A stretch of 54,412 nt of DNA from Terracidiphilus sp. (lineage in GTDB: Bacteria; Acidobacteriota; Terriglobia; Terriglobales; Acidobacteriaceae), in NCBI GenBank assembly GCA_035504495.1, contig DATJRT010000033.1, forward strand, positions 1-54,412, read 5' to 3'. The position numbers were made by a program, and so were the translations under genes. Below the pieces are notes generated by a model that had not been told where the DNA came from, searched no databases, and saw nothing but the letters and a program-made list of their open reading frames with translations. Within the stretch, counting starts at the first letter, position 1. Each line of letters opens with the position of its first letter. This document shows, in pieces, positions 27,101 through 35,903 of this stretch.

Positions 27101-28350
27101 TCGCCGCCGTCAACGCCTCGGCCGCCGACAGCGCGCCCAGCTACCAGTACCTCATGGCGGAAGCCAACGTCTTCCGCCAGGAGCACCGAGGTGCGCGGGC
27201 GCTGACCTCTTTCGCGCAGGCCTCGAATGCAGAAGGCGACGACGCCACTGCCGAGCAAAGCATGCTCTCAGCCGCCGCCGACGAGGGTTTGCGCGTGAAC
27301 CCCACGCTGAGCGTGCTCTCCGATTTCTCCATCGACCCCATCTACGAAGACACCACCGTTTACGTACTCGATTCGAAACTCGACGCCGGCTTCGCCATTC
27401 CTCCCTCAGACACGTCTCTGCTTCCGACGCCGCGCTCCTCAATCCAGACCCAATGGACTGACGCCTACCACCTGCACTTGCCGTATCTGCCCACGGCCAG
27501 CGGATTCTTCCAGCTTCGCAACGCCCGCGGCCTCATCTCCGTGCCCGCAACCAACTCCATCGTCAATCGCAACACCACTGACTACACCATGAACTTCGGC
27601 CTGAACCCGACCATCCATTTCGGAGACAGCTCGCTTACTTTTGACGGCGGGATTCAGGGCACCATCCGTCGCGACTCGCTCTCGCCCGTGGAGATGAACC
27701 AGAATCTCCTGCGCGAGTTCGTGTACGGCTCCTCGAGCTCATTCTTCAACGCGCTCTCTTTCAGCGGCTATCTCATTCGCGAGGCCGGTCCATTCACTGA
27801 CAGCAACATCAGCGGCATGCGTTCCACGGCCACCACGGGAGCCATTGACTTTCGTGTCGGCTCGCCGTGGGGGCGCACCGCTCTCGTCACCGGCTGGGGC
27901 GCGACCGACCAGCTCTTTAAACCCGTTAACTACCAGAACTACTACACCTCTTCCTATATCGGCCTGGAGCACCGCTTCTCCGAGCGCCTCAACGTGAGGG
28001 CCATGGTCGAGGATCTCCGCGCGTGGCGCGCCGTTCCGCCCAACACCGCCATCGCCCAGGACCTGCGCCCCGCCGCCAGCTTTGATCTCCAGCCGCGCCG
28101 CAACTGGGATCTCCAGGTGGACAGCTCTTACTCAAGTACGCGCGGATTCCATATCTATGACGCCGTGCAGAACGGTTTTTCTCTTTCCTACGCGCGGCCG
28201 TTCCACCGCCGCTACAACGACTCTTCCGGGCCGCTCGACCTCGAGTATCCCATCCGCTTCTCCGCCGGCATGCAGGAGGAGACATTCTTCAATTTCTCCG
28301 GAGCGCAGAGCGAGCAGCTCCGGCCCTATTTCGAGATCAGCATATTTTAG
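24145..28350 (+). CDS. Large TPR protein with probable C-terminal outer-membrane beta-barrel (BcsC/PelB/PgaA-like architecture)
   Basis: Signal peptide, about 1000 aa of TPR-like repeats, then a beta-rich region ending YFEISIF (terminal Phe). Confidence 0.85.
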   Translation: MIARLAFHKVGFVFLALACAAGAQTYQVGPGSATSPQAKPAQSQDQSLGWGSNIQNARLARAAEQALERGDHALALEYAQRAAKAAPNDSQLWFLLGYAARLDGRFQQSIDAYSHGLRLNLSSLDGQSGLAQDLNLTGRTADAESMLKQIVAADPRRRDDEMLLGDIYLRAKDYKDAIDSLDKAERMQPDARSELLLALSYQQLKQMNLASRYLDMARRRAPDNPDVERSLAGYYREVGKYPEAIAALKSIRNPRPDVIAELAYTYQLDGKSSDAAGLYAQAADAMPRDLVLQISAAQAQVAAGSIAHADPFLARAQSLNADDYRLHAVRGEIAQLEERDQDAVDQYRAALANLPPMPAEGPLYGIQLHMDLVALYKNLGDDGNAQQELASAQSAINSVEASAANRDRFLRLRALIRMNSGDLDGALSDVKEALAADAGNRDDLQLDGDVLMKLGRTEDAIAAYKRVLAIDPANRFALTSLGYASRAAGRDQDAEKYFIRLAQVDPSLYIPYLALGDLYTARREFAKAQANYSKGWQIAPQNALIVAGGMNAGIEAHNFKLAGVWLARVDAGMENQPQVLREKERYLSFQGRYQESAQAGREAIKALPRDRDVVVYLGYDLLHLQDEAGLLALTSRYMDVLPREPDIPLLAGYVHKQEGHDEQALADFSEAIKRDPTVVTAYVNRGYVENDLHQPKAAAGDFEDALQREPKDGEARLGLAYADLDLHMPHAALHESELAERVVGDSKDIHLIRATAYGSEDMLAKASEEYRAALKFAPNDGSLYLGLGNALLGQRKFRDAADALNAAAKFSPQDAEIYALLARTYANLDDRGQALHYVTLAEQNATAEPHLEQSEIYVSTGEALSALGDQNAAMDRFRRALDLAGDERVGVRLAIAQLMAQQGHSADAERQIALAWMEAAAGDAAPPSGTQFIAAADVFRSTHDYDLSQTYLERAKLAGAPDAEVRIGMADNYLAQGDTARAQAELAAVNASAADSAPSYQYLMAEANVFRQEHRGARALTSFAQASNAEGDDATAEQSMLSAAADEGLRVNPTLSVLSDFSIDPIYEDTTVYVLDSKLDAGFAIPPSDTSLLPTPRSSIQTQWTDAYHLHLPYLPTASGFFQLRNARGLISVPATNSIVNRNTTDYTMNFGLNPTIHFGDSSLTFDGGIQGTIRRDSLSPVEMNQNLLREFVYGSSSSFFNALSFSGYLIREAGPFTDSNISGMRSTATTGAIDFRVGSPWGRTALVTGWGATDQLFKPVNYQNYYTSSYIGLEHRFSERLNVRAMVEDLRAWRAVPPNTAIAQDLRPAASFDLQPRRNWDLQVDSSYSSTRGFHIYDAVQNGFSLSYARPFHRRYNDSSGPLDLEYPIRFSAGMQEETFFNFSGAQSEQLRPYFEISIF

Positions 28351-28362
28351 AGGCAGCCGGCG

Positions 28363-29721
28363 ATGAAAATTTGTTTGGTAGCGACATTCCCTCCCAGTGG
28401 ACGCCAGTTGAACGAATACGCGTATTACATCGCGCGTGAGTTGCAGCGCCATCCCGACGTGGAACTGACCATTCTCTCCGACGAACTGTCCGGCTACGAA
28501 TTCGCCACCGATAAGGAAGGGCGCCCGCTCAGCATCGATCCCCAGTCGGAGCTGCCCGGCTTCAACGTATCCCGGTGCTGGCAATTCGGCAGTGCGCGCA
28601 CGCCCGTGCGCCTGTTGAAGAGTATTCGCAAAATCGATCCGGATGTAGTCTGGTTCAATCTCGTCTTCTCCACCTTTGCCACGCCCGCCAATCCTTTCGC
28701 TGCGTTTGCCGGCCTTTCTGCCCCGGCCCTCACGCGCGCCGCGGGCTATTTCACACACATCACGCTGCATCACATCATCGAGCATGTCGACTTTGCGGCC
28801 GCAGGCGTGCGCCGTGAACGGCTCTTCCGTTTTGGCACCCACCTGGCCACGCGCGCCTTGCTCAAGGCAAACTCCGTCTCCGTGCTCTTGCCTGGCTATC
28901 ATCGCACCCTCACAGACAAGTATGCCGCGCGCAATGTCCTGCTGGGCACACACGGAATCTTCGCCGCCGCACCTACGCCGCCTGATTTCTCGCGGCGCGG
29001 CAATCCCCACAAGCGCATTCTGGCCATTGGCCACTGGGGAACCTATAAGCGCCTTGAGACCCTGATGGAGGCCTTCCCCATGGTGGTCGAGAGAGTTCCT
29101 GAAGCGAAGCTCGTCGTCGCCGGCGCCAATCATCACACCCGCGCCGGATACTGGGAGTCGATTCGCGCGGCGCAGCCCAGCCATCTCCCCATCGAATTTC
29201 TCGGCTATGTCCCCGAGGAAGAAATTCCCGATCTCTATCAATCCACTTCTGTCGTGGTCATGCCTTATGACTCGGCCACCGGATCGAGCGGCCCCGCGCA
29301 TCAGGCCTGTGAATTCGGCATTCCCATCGTCTGCGCAGACCTTCCCGATTTCCGCGGCATGGCCGACGACGAAAGCATGGCCATTCGCTTCCACCGCGTG
29401 GGCGATCCGGCCCATCTTGCCGAGCAACTCATTGCCATCCTTCAGTCACCGGAGCTCGAGCGCCAGATGGCGTTGCAGAACTTCAACGCCAGCGTTGAAA
29501 TGACCATGAGCAACGTCGTCGGCAACTATCTCCGCTGGTTTGAGCTGAACCGGTACAAGCGCTCTCTCGCCGGCGCGCATGGCCGCGCTGCCTTGGGTGC
29601 GCGCCCCAGGCCCATAGCTCCGGCCGCGCACGCAACCCCATCGGGCGCTCACTATGCGGGGCTGGATCACCTTGCGCCGCAATTCGCGGGCAGCAAGACG
29701 GAACCGCGCGAGCCTCGCTGA
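28363..29721 (+). CDS. GT4 glycosyltransferase
   Basis: MKICLVATFPP, YKRLETL and VVMPY..SG..A..FGIPIVCAD motifs; 12 nt after the TPR gene. Confidence 0.9.
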   Translation: MKICLVATFPPSGRQLNEYAYYIARELQRHPDVELTILSDELSGYEFATDKEGRPLSIDPQSELPGFNVSRCWQFGSARTPVRLLKSIRKIDPDVVWFNLVFSTFATPANPFAAFAGLSAPALTRAAGYFTHITLHHIIEHVDFAAAGVRRERLFRFGTHLATRALLKANSVSVLLPGYHRTLTDKYAARNVLLGTHGIFAAAPTPPDFSRRGNPHKRILAIGHWGTYKRLETLMEAFPMVVERVPEAKLVVAGANHHTRAGYWESIRAAQPSHLPIEFLGYVPEEEIPDLYQSTSVVVMPYDSATGSSGPAHQACEFGIPIVCADLPDFRGMADDESMAIRFHRVGDPAHLAEQLIAILQSPELERQMALQNFNASVEMTMSNVVGNYLRWFELNRYKRSLAGAHGRAALGARPRPIAPAAHATPSGAHYAGLDHLAPQFAGSKTEPREPR

Positions 29722-30103
29722 GGCGCGCCGTTGCTCGCGTACAGCCTGGCTAAATATGCGCTAACTCCGCGCAGGCCTCGCCATCCCGCTAAGTAGCTTT
29801 AACTCCTGCGTCATGCCGCGCTGCATAAAAGAGTGACGCGTGACGGCTTCCGCCATCTGCAATCGGCTGAGCATCCATGCTGCGCCAAGCCTTCATCTAA
29901 TAATCGACGCACACTCTGCTGCCGGCGTCGGCCGCAAGCGGAGAGGCGGGGGGGCATTGCAAGAATGCATAACTCGCTAGTCGATTTACATACGAGAACT
30001 AAATTATCGAACTTGCCGATTCGCTTCACCACTCGCGCAATTCATCTTTCTGTGAAAACGCGCGGACCTGTGCCGATCTTGGGGCGGCACAAAGGAGGAC
30101 CGC

Positions 30104-32878
30104 TTGTTACCCGTGCAATTTCGCCGAATCCTGTCACGTCATCTGTGCGTGAGCCTGGCCGGGCTCGCGCTGCCACTGCTGATTTCGGGCTGTGCCGCGC
30201 CTGTACTCAATAATGAGGAAGGTGCTCCGCAGCTTACCATCACGGCCAATCCCGCCACGGTGAGTCCGGGCGGCTCGTCCGTCCTGACGATCGCAGTGTC
30301 GAATGCGACCCAGGTCACACTCACCGGGAGCGATGGCAGCAGTTATACCGTGCAGGCCGCCGGCGGAACGCAGACGGTCACTCCAAGCGCAACTACAACT
30401 TACACCGCGGTAGCTGTCGGCCCTGCGGGCAAGACAACAGCTACGGCTACGGTAACGGTCGCGGCATCCTCCGCGCCCACCGTGACCATCGCCGCCAATC
30501 CCATGTCAATTAACCAGTCGGCATCGTCAATTTTGACTGTAACTGCAACAAATGCAACCCAGGTTACAGTGACGGGAACCGATGGCAGTTCCTATAACCT
30601 CACTGTAACCGGCGGCACGCAGGCAGTAAGTCCGACGGCAACCACCACTTACACGGCTGTGGCTACCGGTCCCGGCGGAAGCGCCAAGGCGACCGCGGTG
30701 GTTACCGTAACTCCCAACCCTGCGCCCACCGTCACCATCACAGCCTCTCCGTCTTCCATCGCCTCGGGGAGCTCGAGTACTTTGACCGTGGTGGCCACTT
30801 ATGCCACCTCTGTTACCGTCACCGGCAGTGACGGAAGCAGTTATACCTTGCAGCCGAACGGCGGCACGCAATCCGTCAGCCCCACGGCGACGACCAATTA
30901 CACCGCGGCGGCTACCGGACCCGGAGGTACGGCTTCGGCCAGCGTCTCCGTCCTGATCAGCTCCACGCCCACCTCCGCCGTCACCATCGCGGCGAATCCT
31001 ACTGTGATCGCCAGCGGCAATTCCTCCACGCTCACCGTCACGGCAACCAACGCCACGCAAGTTACGATTACGGGCACCGACGGAAGCTCCTATTCGCTGC
31101 CTGCGGCCGGGGGCAACCAAGCCGTCTCGCCCACTGCTACCACCACCTACACGGTCGCGGCCACAGGATCCGCCGGCACTGTTTCGGCCGCGGTTACGGT
31201 TACGGTGGTCGCGCCGGGCGGCGTGCAAGACGTCGATCACGTCATCTTCATGCTCCAGGAGAATCACACCTTCGACAATTACTTCGGTATGCTCAATCCC
31301 TATCGTCACGCCAACAACATGTACATCGGCCAGGATGGGAACGACTACGAAGTCGACGGCATCGACGACAAGCTGAACACCATCAGCAACGAAGACGACC
31401 AGGGCACAACCTATTCGCTGTTCCCGTTCACCAGTACCTGCGTCGACGATATGAGCTCCGATTGGCTGTCAAGCTACGGCGACGTGGATCGGTACGACTT
31501 CACGACCACTCGCCCGGTGGCTCTGGATGGATTCGTTCACGACGCGGAGGGCTACGCCAACAGTTGCATCGCCAACCCCAGCAGCTGCGCCGGCAGCTTC
31601 AGTGACACCACCGGCCAGCGCGCCATGGGCTACTACTACGGCGGTTCCAGTGGGGGTGGCGGCGCTCCGGATTTCCTGAATTACTACTACTACATGGCGA
31701 GCCAGTTCGCCATCTCCGATCGCTGGTTCTCTCCCGTTGCGAGTAAAAGCATCGACAATCGCATCGCCACCTTTTCCGGTGGCACCACCCAGGGCCTGGT
31801 GAAAGATCCCGGGGGTGACGACCATCTGCCTCAGCTCGATTTGCCCAGCATCTTCCAGGAACTCGACGAAGCCAAGGTTTCGTGGAAGATTTATTACACC
31901 GTCTCCGAAGGCCTTTGCGCAGAGGAAGACGACTGCCCTACTACCGGCGACTCACGCTATCCCGCCACTGATTTCCAAAACTTTACTTATTCTTTCCAGT
32001 ATCTGCACGCCAATACAACCGGCACTTGCACGCCGCCCACGCAACCATCGAGCGTGGTCGGCGACTCCACCAACTCCTTTTGCATCGACACCGACAAAAT
32101 CGCACCGCTCTCGCAGTATTACACTGACCTCGCCAATAATGCGCTGCCCAGCTTCGCCTTCATTGAAGCCGGCTACGGTAACAACGACGAGCATCCCGGA
32201 TCGGGCCAGTCCATTCTTTATGGGCAGGCCGAGGTGGCGCAGATCGTGAATGCGCTCATGGCCAGCACCTCCTGGTCCGATTCCATCTTCTTCTTCAGTT
32301 ACGACGAAGGCGGAGGTCCGTACGATCACGTGCCCCCGGTGCCCGGCCACTCCAATGCCAACACCGATGCATCCCTGGGATCCATCCCGGACATTTCCAC
32401 CATCGCCGTCAACCCGGACAGTTACTATCCCTGCCTCCCCGGCGGCTCTAACCCGAATTGCAGTTGCCCGCCGGGACAAACAACGCCCAGCACACATTGC
32501 GATCTGGCCTCCAGCGATCCCGGCGCCACTGCGGGCGACGCCGCGTATGAGAACGGCTTCGCGGCGCAGCTCGGCTTCCGTCTGCCCAACATCATCATCT
32601 CCCCGTTCTCGCGAGAGCATTACGTCTCGCACACACCCATGGATCACACCGCGGTGATCAAGTTCGTTGAGAACCGCTTCATCGGGCCTTCCGCGCACCT
32701 GACCGCGCGCGATGCCGCACAGCCCAATCTGCTGGAGTTCTTTGATTTCACCAACGTTCCCTGGGCTACGCCGCCCACGCCGCCCACGCCGGCCTCCACT
32801 TCGTCGCTCGGCTATAACTCCTGCACGCCGACGAGCTTTGCGCCCGCTGCCAGCGAGAAGACAGCATCGCCGTTCTGA
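30104..32878 (+). CDS. Phosphoesterase (phospholipase C/AcpA family) lipoprotein with four N-terminal Ig-like repeats
   Basis: LISGC lipobox. HVIFMLQENHTFDNYFG, DEHP, YDEGGG.YDHV, GFRLP and DHTAV motifs. AAGGAGG RBS before TTG. Confidence 0.9.
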   Translation: MLPVQFRRILSRHLCVSLAGLALPLLISGCAAPVLNNEEGAPQLTITANPATVSPGGSSVLTIAVSNATQVTLTGSDGSSYTVQAAGGTQTVTPSATTTYTAVAVGPAGKTTATATVTVAASSAPTVTIAANPMSINQSASSILTVTATNATQVTVTGTDGSSYNLTVTGGTQAVSPTATTTYTAVATGPGGSAKATAVVTVTPNPAPTVTITASPSSIASGSSSTLTVVATYATSVTVTGSDGSSYTLQPNGGTQSVSPTATTNYTAAATGPGGTASASVSVLISSTPTSAVTIAANPTVIASGNSSTLTVTATNATQVTITGTDGSSYSLPAAGGNQAVSPTATTTYTVAATGSAGTVSAAVTVTVVAPGGVQDVDHVIFMLQENHTFDNYFGMLNPYRHANNMYIGQDGNDYEVDGIDDKLNTISNEDDQGTTYSLFPFTSTCVDDMSSDWLSSYGDVDRYDFTTTRPVALDGFVHDAEGYANSCIANPSSCAGSFSDTTGQRAMGYYYGGSSGGGGAPDFLNYYYYMASQFAISDRWFSPVASKSIDNRIATFSGGTTQGLVKDPGGDDHLPQLDLPSIFQELDEAKVSWKIYYTVSEGLCAEEDDCPTTGDSRYPATDFQNFTYSFQYLHANTTGTCTPPTQPSSVVGDSTNSFCIDTDKIAPLSQYYTDLANNALPSFAFIEAGYGNNDEHPGSGQSILYGQAEVAQIVNALMASTSWSDSIFFFSYDEGGGPYDHVPPVPGHSNANTDASLGSIPDISTIAVNPDSYYPCLPGGSNPNCSCPPGQTTPSTHCDLASSDPGATAGDAAYENGFAAQLGFRLPNIIISPFSREHYVSHTPMDHTAVIKFVENRFIGPSAHLTARDAAQPNLLEFFDFTNVPWATPPTPPTPASTSSLGYNSCTPTSFAPAASEKTASPF
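30224..31210 (+). repeat. Four ~83-aa Thr/Ser-rich coding repeats
   Basis: Unit TI(T/A)A(N/S)P...NATQVT.TG(S/T)DGSSY....GG.Q.V(S/T)P..TT.YT occurs four times. Confidence 0.9.
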
Positions 32879-32914
32879 GGCAAAGATCGCCTTTTGCGGA
32901 GAAGAACAGCGCTT

Positions 32915-33033
32915 TAAGGCATTTCTCCTTCAGGTATAGCGGTCTTGATTTTTGTGCAAGGTGGCGATTTCTTGAGGAAAATCGCCACTTGAAGGTATCG
33001 GTTTCGGTATACATCAGAAGGAGAAATGCTCTA
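32915..33033. mobile_element. MITE-like element (copy 2, short form, 119 bp)
   Basis: TA-AGGCATTTCTCCTTC ... GAAGGAGAAATGCTC-TA. Central hairpin GTGGCGATTTCT-TGA-GGAAAATCGCCAC. Confidence 0.9.
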
Positions 33034-33084
33034 GGAGGGCAGAACTGAACACGGCAAATGCGTGAGGCCACCGGCCCGGTGCGC

Positions 33085-34803
33085 TCACGCCACCACTTCA
33101 AAGGGGCGCATCATGTCGTTGTCTTCGTGCTCCGCCATGTGGCAGTGATACACATAGCGTCCCGTATAGCTCTCAAAACGAACCAGGATGGTGAGCACTT
33201 CATGCGGATTGACGATGGCCGTATCCTTCCATCCGGCCTCGTTCGGCGCCGGCGGCCTCGGCGCTCCCACAAACTGGACACTTCCCTGCCGGACAAATGT
33301 GCCGAAATCGAATCCGCGCCGCTGAAGGATCTGATACTGCACCAGATGCAAATGCATTGGGTGGGTATCGTCGGTGGTGTTAATGAAACGCCACATCTCC
33401 GTTGAGCCGAGCTTGGGAAATTCCGTCGTCGCGTCCGCGTATCCCTTGCCGTTGATCTGCATCCCCAGCGAATTTCCCTTGTCATCCATCTTTTCGGAGA
33501 GAACAAAGTCGCGCGTCTTTACCGCATCGCTCGCCTTCATCCGTTCAAGTTCGATCTCCGCCGGCAGGCTGAACGTCTTGCCAGTGCCGCTCTTCGGCAG
33601 AGTTACGCGAAACTGCATCAGTTCCAGCAAAGGCGGATACAGTGCGTGCAGCAGGGTCCATCCGGGGTAAGGCGCGGCCGCGTTGTTGGAAAGCGTGATG
33701 GTTTTTCCCTCGAGCCCGGAAAAATCCACCATCAGGTCCGCGCGCTCGGCCGGCGCCAGCAGGACTCTTTCAAGCTCTACCGGCTTCTGCAGCAACCCGC
33801 CGTCGCTGCCAATCTGGTGGAAGCGCACCAGCGAAGGAATGTCCGCCGGATTCCTGGCCAGATTGAGATACAAGTTGTAAAAGCGCGAATTGGACGCATT
33901 CAGCACGCGCAGCCTGTACGGGCGCGGCTCCACGTTCAAATAGGGATAGAGCGCGCCATTCACCACGGGCAGCTTGCCGAAGAACTGCGGCCCCCATCTT
34001 CCCTTGGGAACCGGTGTACCGTCGTCGCGCGCGGGGGCGTAGACCAGCTGCGCCTCGTCGTCCAGTATCCGATCCTGCAAGGAAAGCGGAATCTCATAGT
34101 CGCCCGACGGCAGGTTCATGCTCAACTCCTGCTGATCGCGGAGCAGATAGAATCCCGACAGCCCCGCATAGACATTCAGCCGGGTGATGCCCATGGCGTG
34201 ATCGTGATACCACAGCGTTGCCGCCCGCTGTTGGTTCGGATATTCATAGCGCACTGAGGCGCCGGGCACAAACCAACCTTCAGGCAGTCCGTCGCTGTAC
34301 GAGGCCGTGCGCGAGCCGTGCAGATGCGGCACCACGCGCACCGCCGGCGCCGGAGGCATGGCGCCGTGAATGTGGGTGTCCACGGGAAGAAGCGGATCGA
34401 GGGGCAGATGGTTCTCCCATCGCACCTCCGCGCGCCGTCCGCGCATCGCCTCGAAGGTCGGTCCCGGGTACTGTCCTTCGTAACCCCACAGCCGGGTCGG
34501 CGGCAGTTGCGAATGCAGTTGCTTGCGGAACTCCACCATGCGTACGTGGTAGAAGTCGGCGTCCTTGCCTGTTTGGTATGGCTTCAGTTTTTCAGGAATG
34601 GGCAGAGGATCGATATAGCGGTCGATCATCGCCGGCGTGCGGTAGACGGGCTCGGCAGCCGCGCTGCTTCTGCCTTCTGCCCCGACAAGAACCAAAGCCG
34701 ATACGGAACCAAAGCCCAACCTGAGAAAGTCGCGTCTGCTAGTCGAACCCATTCCCCCTCGGCCGCGCGCGGGCGGCGAACCACTGCTTTCAGTATTTCT
34801 CAA
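33085..34803 (-). CDS. Multicopper oxidase (CotA/bilirubin oxidase-like), Tat-exported
   Basis: SRRDFL Tat motif. HLHG, WYHDH, HPMHLH and HCHMAEHEDNDMM copper motifs. Confidence 0.95.
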   Translation of the reverse strand: MRNTESSGSPPARGRGGMGSTSRRDFLRLGFGSVSALVLVGAEGRSSAAAEPVYRTPAMIDRYIDPLPIPEKLKPYQTGKDADFYHVRMVEFRKQLHSQLPPTRLWGYEGQYPGPTFEAMRGRRAEVRWENHLPLDPLLPVDTHIHGAMPPAPAVRVVPHLHGSRTASYSDGLPEGWFVPGASVRYEYPNQQRAATLWYHDHAMGITRLNVYAGLSGFYLLRDQQELSMNLPSGDYEIPLSLQDRILDDEAQLVYAPARDDGTPVPKGRWGPQFFGKLPVVNGALYPYLNVEPRPYRLRVLNASNSRFYNLYLNLARNPADIPSLVRFHQIGSDGGLLQKPVELERVLLAPAERADLMVDFSGLEGKTITLSNNAAAPYPGWTLLHALYPPLLELMQFRVTLPKSGTGKTFSLPAEIELERMKASDAVKTRDFVLSEKMDDKGNSLGMQINGKGYADATTEFPKLGSTEMWRFINTTDDTHPMHLHLVQYQILQRRGFDFGTFVRQGSVQFVGAPRPPAPNEAGWKDTAIVNPHEVLTILVRFESYTGRYVYHCHMAEHEDNDMMRPFEVVA

Positions 34804-34817
34804 TCGGTCGGGTTGCG

Positions 34818-35747
34818 TCAGTCCGGCGTGATTTCGCTGGCCATGTAGCGTGTTCCGTCGTACTCCGCTCTCACGCTTACGCGTTCGCCCAAATGCAGGC
34901 CGAGCGCCGCCGGCGTGCGCGCGGAGTCGAATGAAATCTCGTAGCTTTTCTGGTCGCGTGGATCCACCAGCACCAGCCTCCCCATCCCCACGTTCAGTGA
35001 AATAATGCTTCCGCTGAACGCGAATGCCGCTCCCGGCACAGCATACACGGTAATCTTATCGGTCACCCCGTGACCCTCGTTATCTGACCCGAAATCAATC
35101 GCGATCAGCGATCCGCTGCGCAGGTCCCACGGCCCCGAGCGGGTCGCGGTAAAGGCATCCTGCCCCTCGCGCGCAAAAGTGGCGTCCTGCGCCACGCGCA
35201 CCTTCAGCGGATCACGCGATCCATTTGAGTCCAGAGCCAACTCGCCCGATCCCGGATCGTAACTGATCACCTTTCCGCTGTACTCGCCCTCCGGCGCGTG
35301 CGAAAGCTCGTGAATGCTCACTGCGAAGATTCCTGTGCCATCGAGCGTCGTCTCTACGGAAGCGTGGTCCTCCCGCGCGAGCTCGCGCAGCGGAATCCGC
35401 TTGCCGTCCAGATACACATGCGTGCGCTCGTCGAAAAGAATCTTCATCGGCTTCTGCCCATACACCGCCAGCGTCAGCTGGTCCCGCACGGGATCGAGAT
35501 TCTTGATTTCGCCGCCGAAGATTGTGCTCGTTCCCTTGGGTGCGGCCGGAATAGCATTTAGCCCGCTGGGCAACGCCGCTGCCTGTTCTGTGCCCGGGCT
35601 CGTCCCGGGATCCGTTGCCGGATTTGCCGCCTGATCCACGGCTTGACCCGGCGCGGGCTGCGGCGCGGGTTGCCCCTGCTGTGCGTGCGCGGCCACGCCC
35701 GCCGTTAGCGCAAAGCCCACGAGCGCCGTTGCGAGAATTCGCTCCAT
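34818..35747 (-). CDS. Exported hypothetical protein with three OB-like (DUF5666-like) repeats
   Basis: Signal peptide; repeated G.(I/V)...(D/N)....L.L beta units. Confidence 0.78.
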   Translation of the reverse strand: MERILATALVGFALTAGVAAHAQQGQPAPQPAPGQAVDQAANPATDPGTSPGTEQAAALPSGLNAIPAAPKGTSTIFGGEIKNLDPVRDQLTLAVYGQKPMKILFDERTHVYLDGKRIPLRELAREDHASVETTLDGTGIFAVSIHELSHAPEGEYSGKVISYDPGSGELALDSNGSRDPLKVRVAQDATFAREGQDAFTATRSGPWDLRSGSLIAIDFGSDNEGHGVTDKITVYAVPGAAFAFSGSIISLNVGMGRLVLVDPRDQKSYEISFDSARTPAALGLHLGERVSVRAEYDGTRYMASEITPD

Positions 35748-35903
35748 ACCGGTTTAACCCTTGCTTCTGAAGATTTCTCCGACAACCTTTTTGATGACAC
35801 AAATCCGCGCCCGGTGGCCTGAGCCTTTTCCTGAAGAGCAACACCCCCGGTGGGGATGCATCTAACTCTCTGAAACCCTCCATCCGGCTGTGCGCGGAAC
35901 GGA

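Noticed and set aside
24145-28350. Calling the locus bcs, pel or pga
   Set aside because: Only the architecture is shared; no BcsA/BcsB, PelC/PelD or PgaC/PgaD recognised.
32766-33101. Minus-strand ORFs reading through the MITE (TETDTFKWRF...), also 54226-54408
   Set aside because: The shared peptide simply reflects the DNA repeat. The frame is broken in copies 0 and 1, and there is no support for translation or a transposase.
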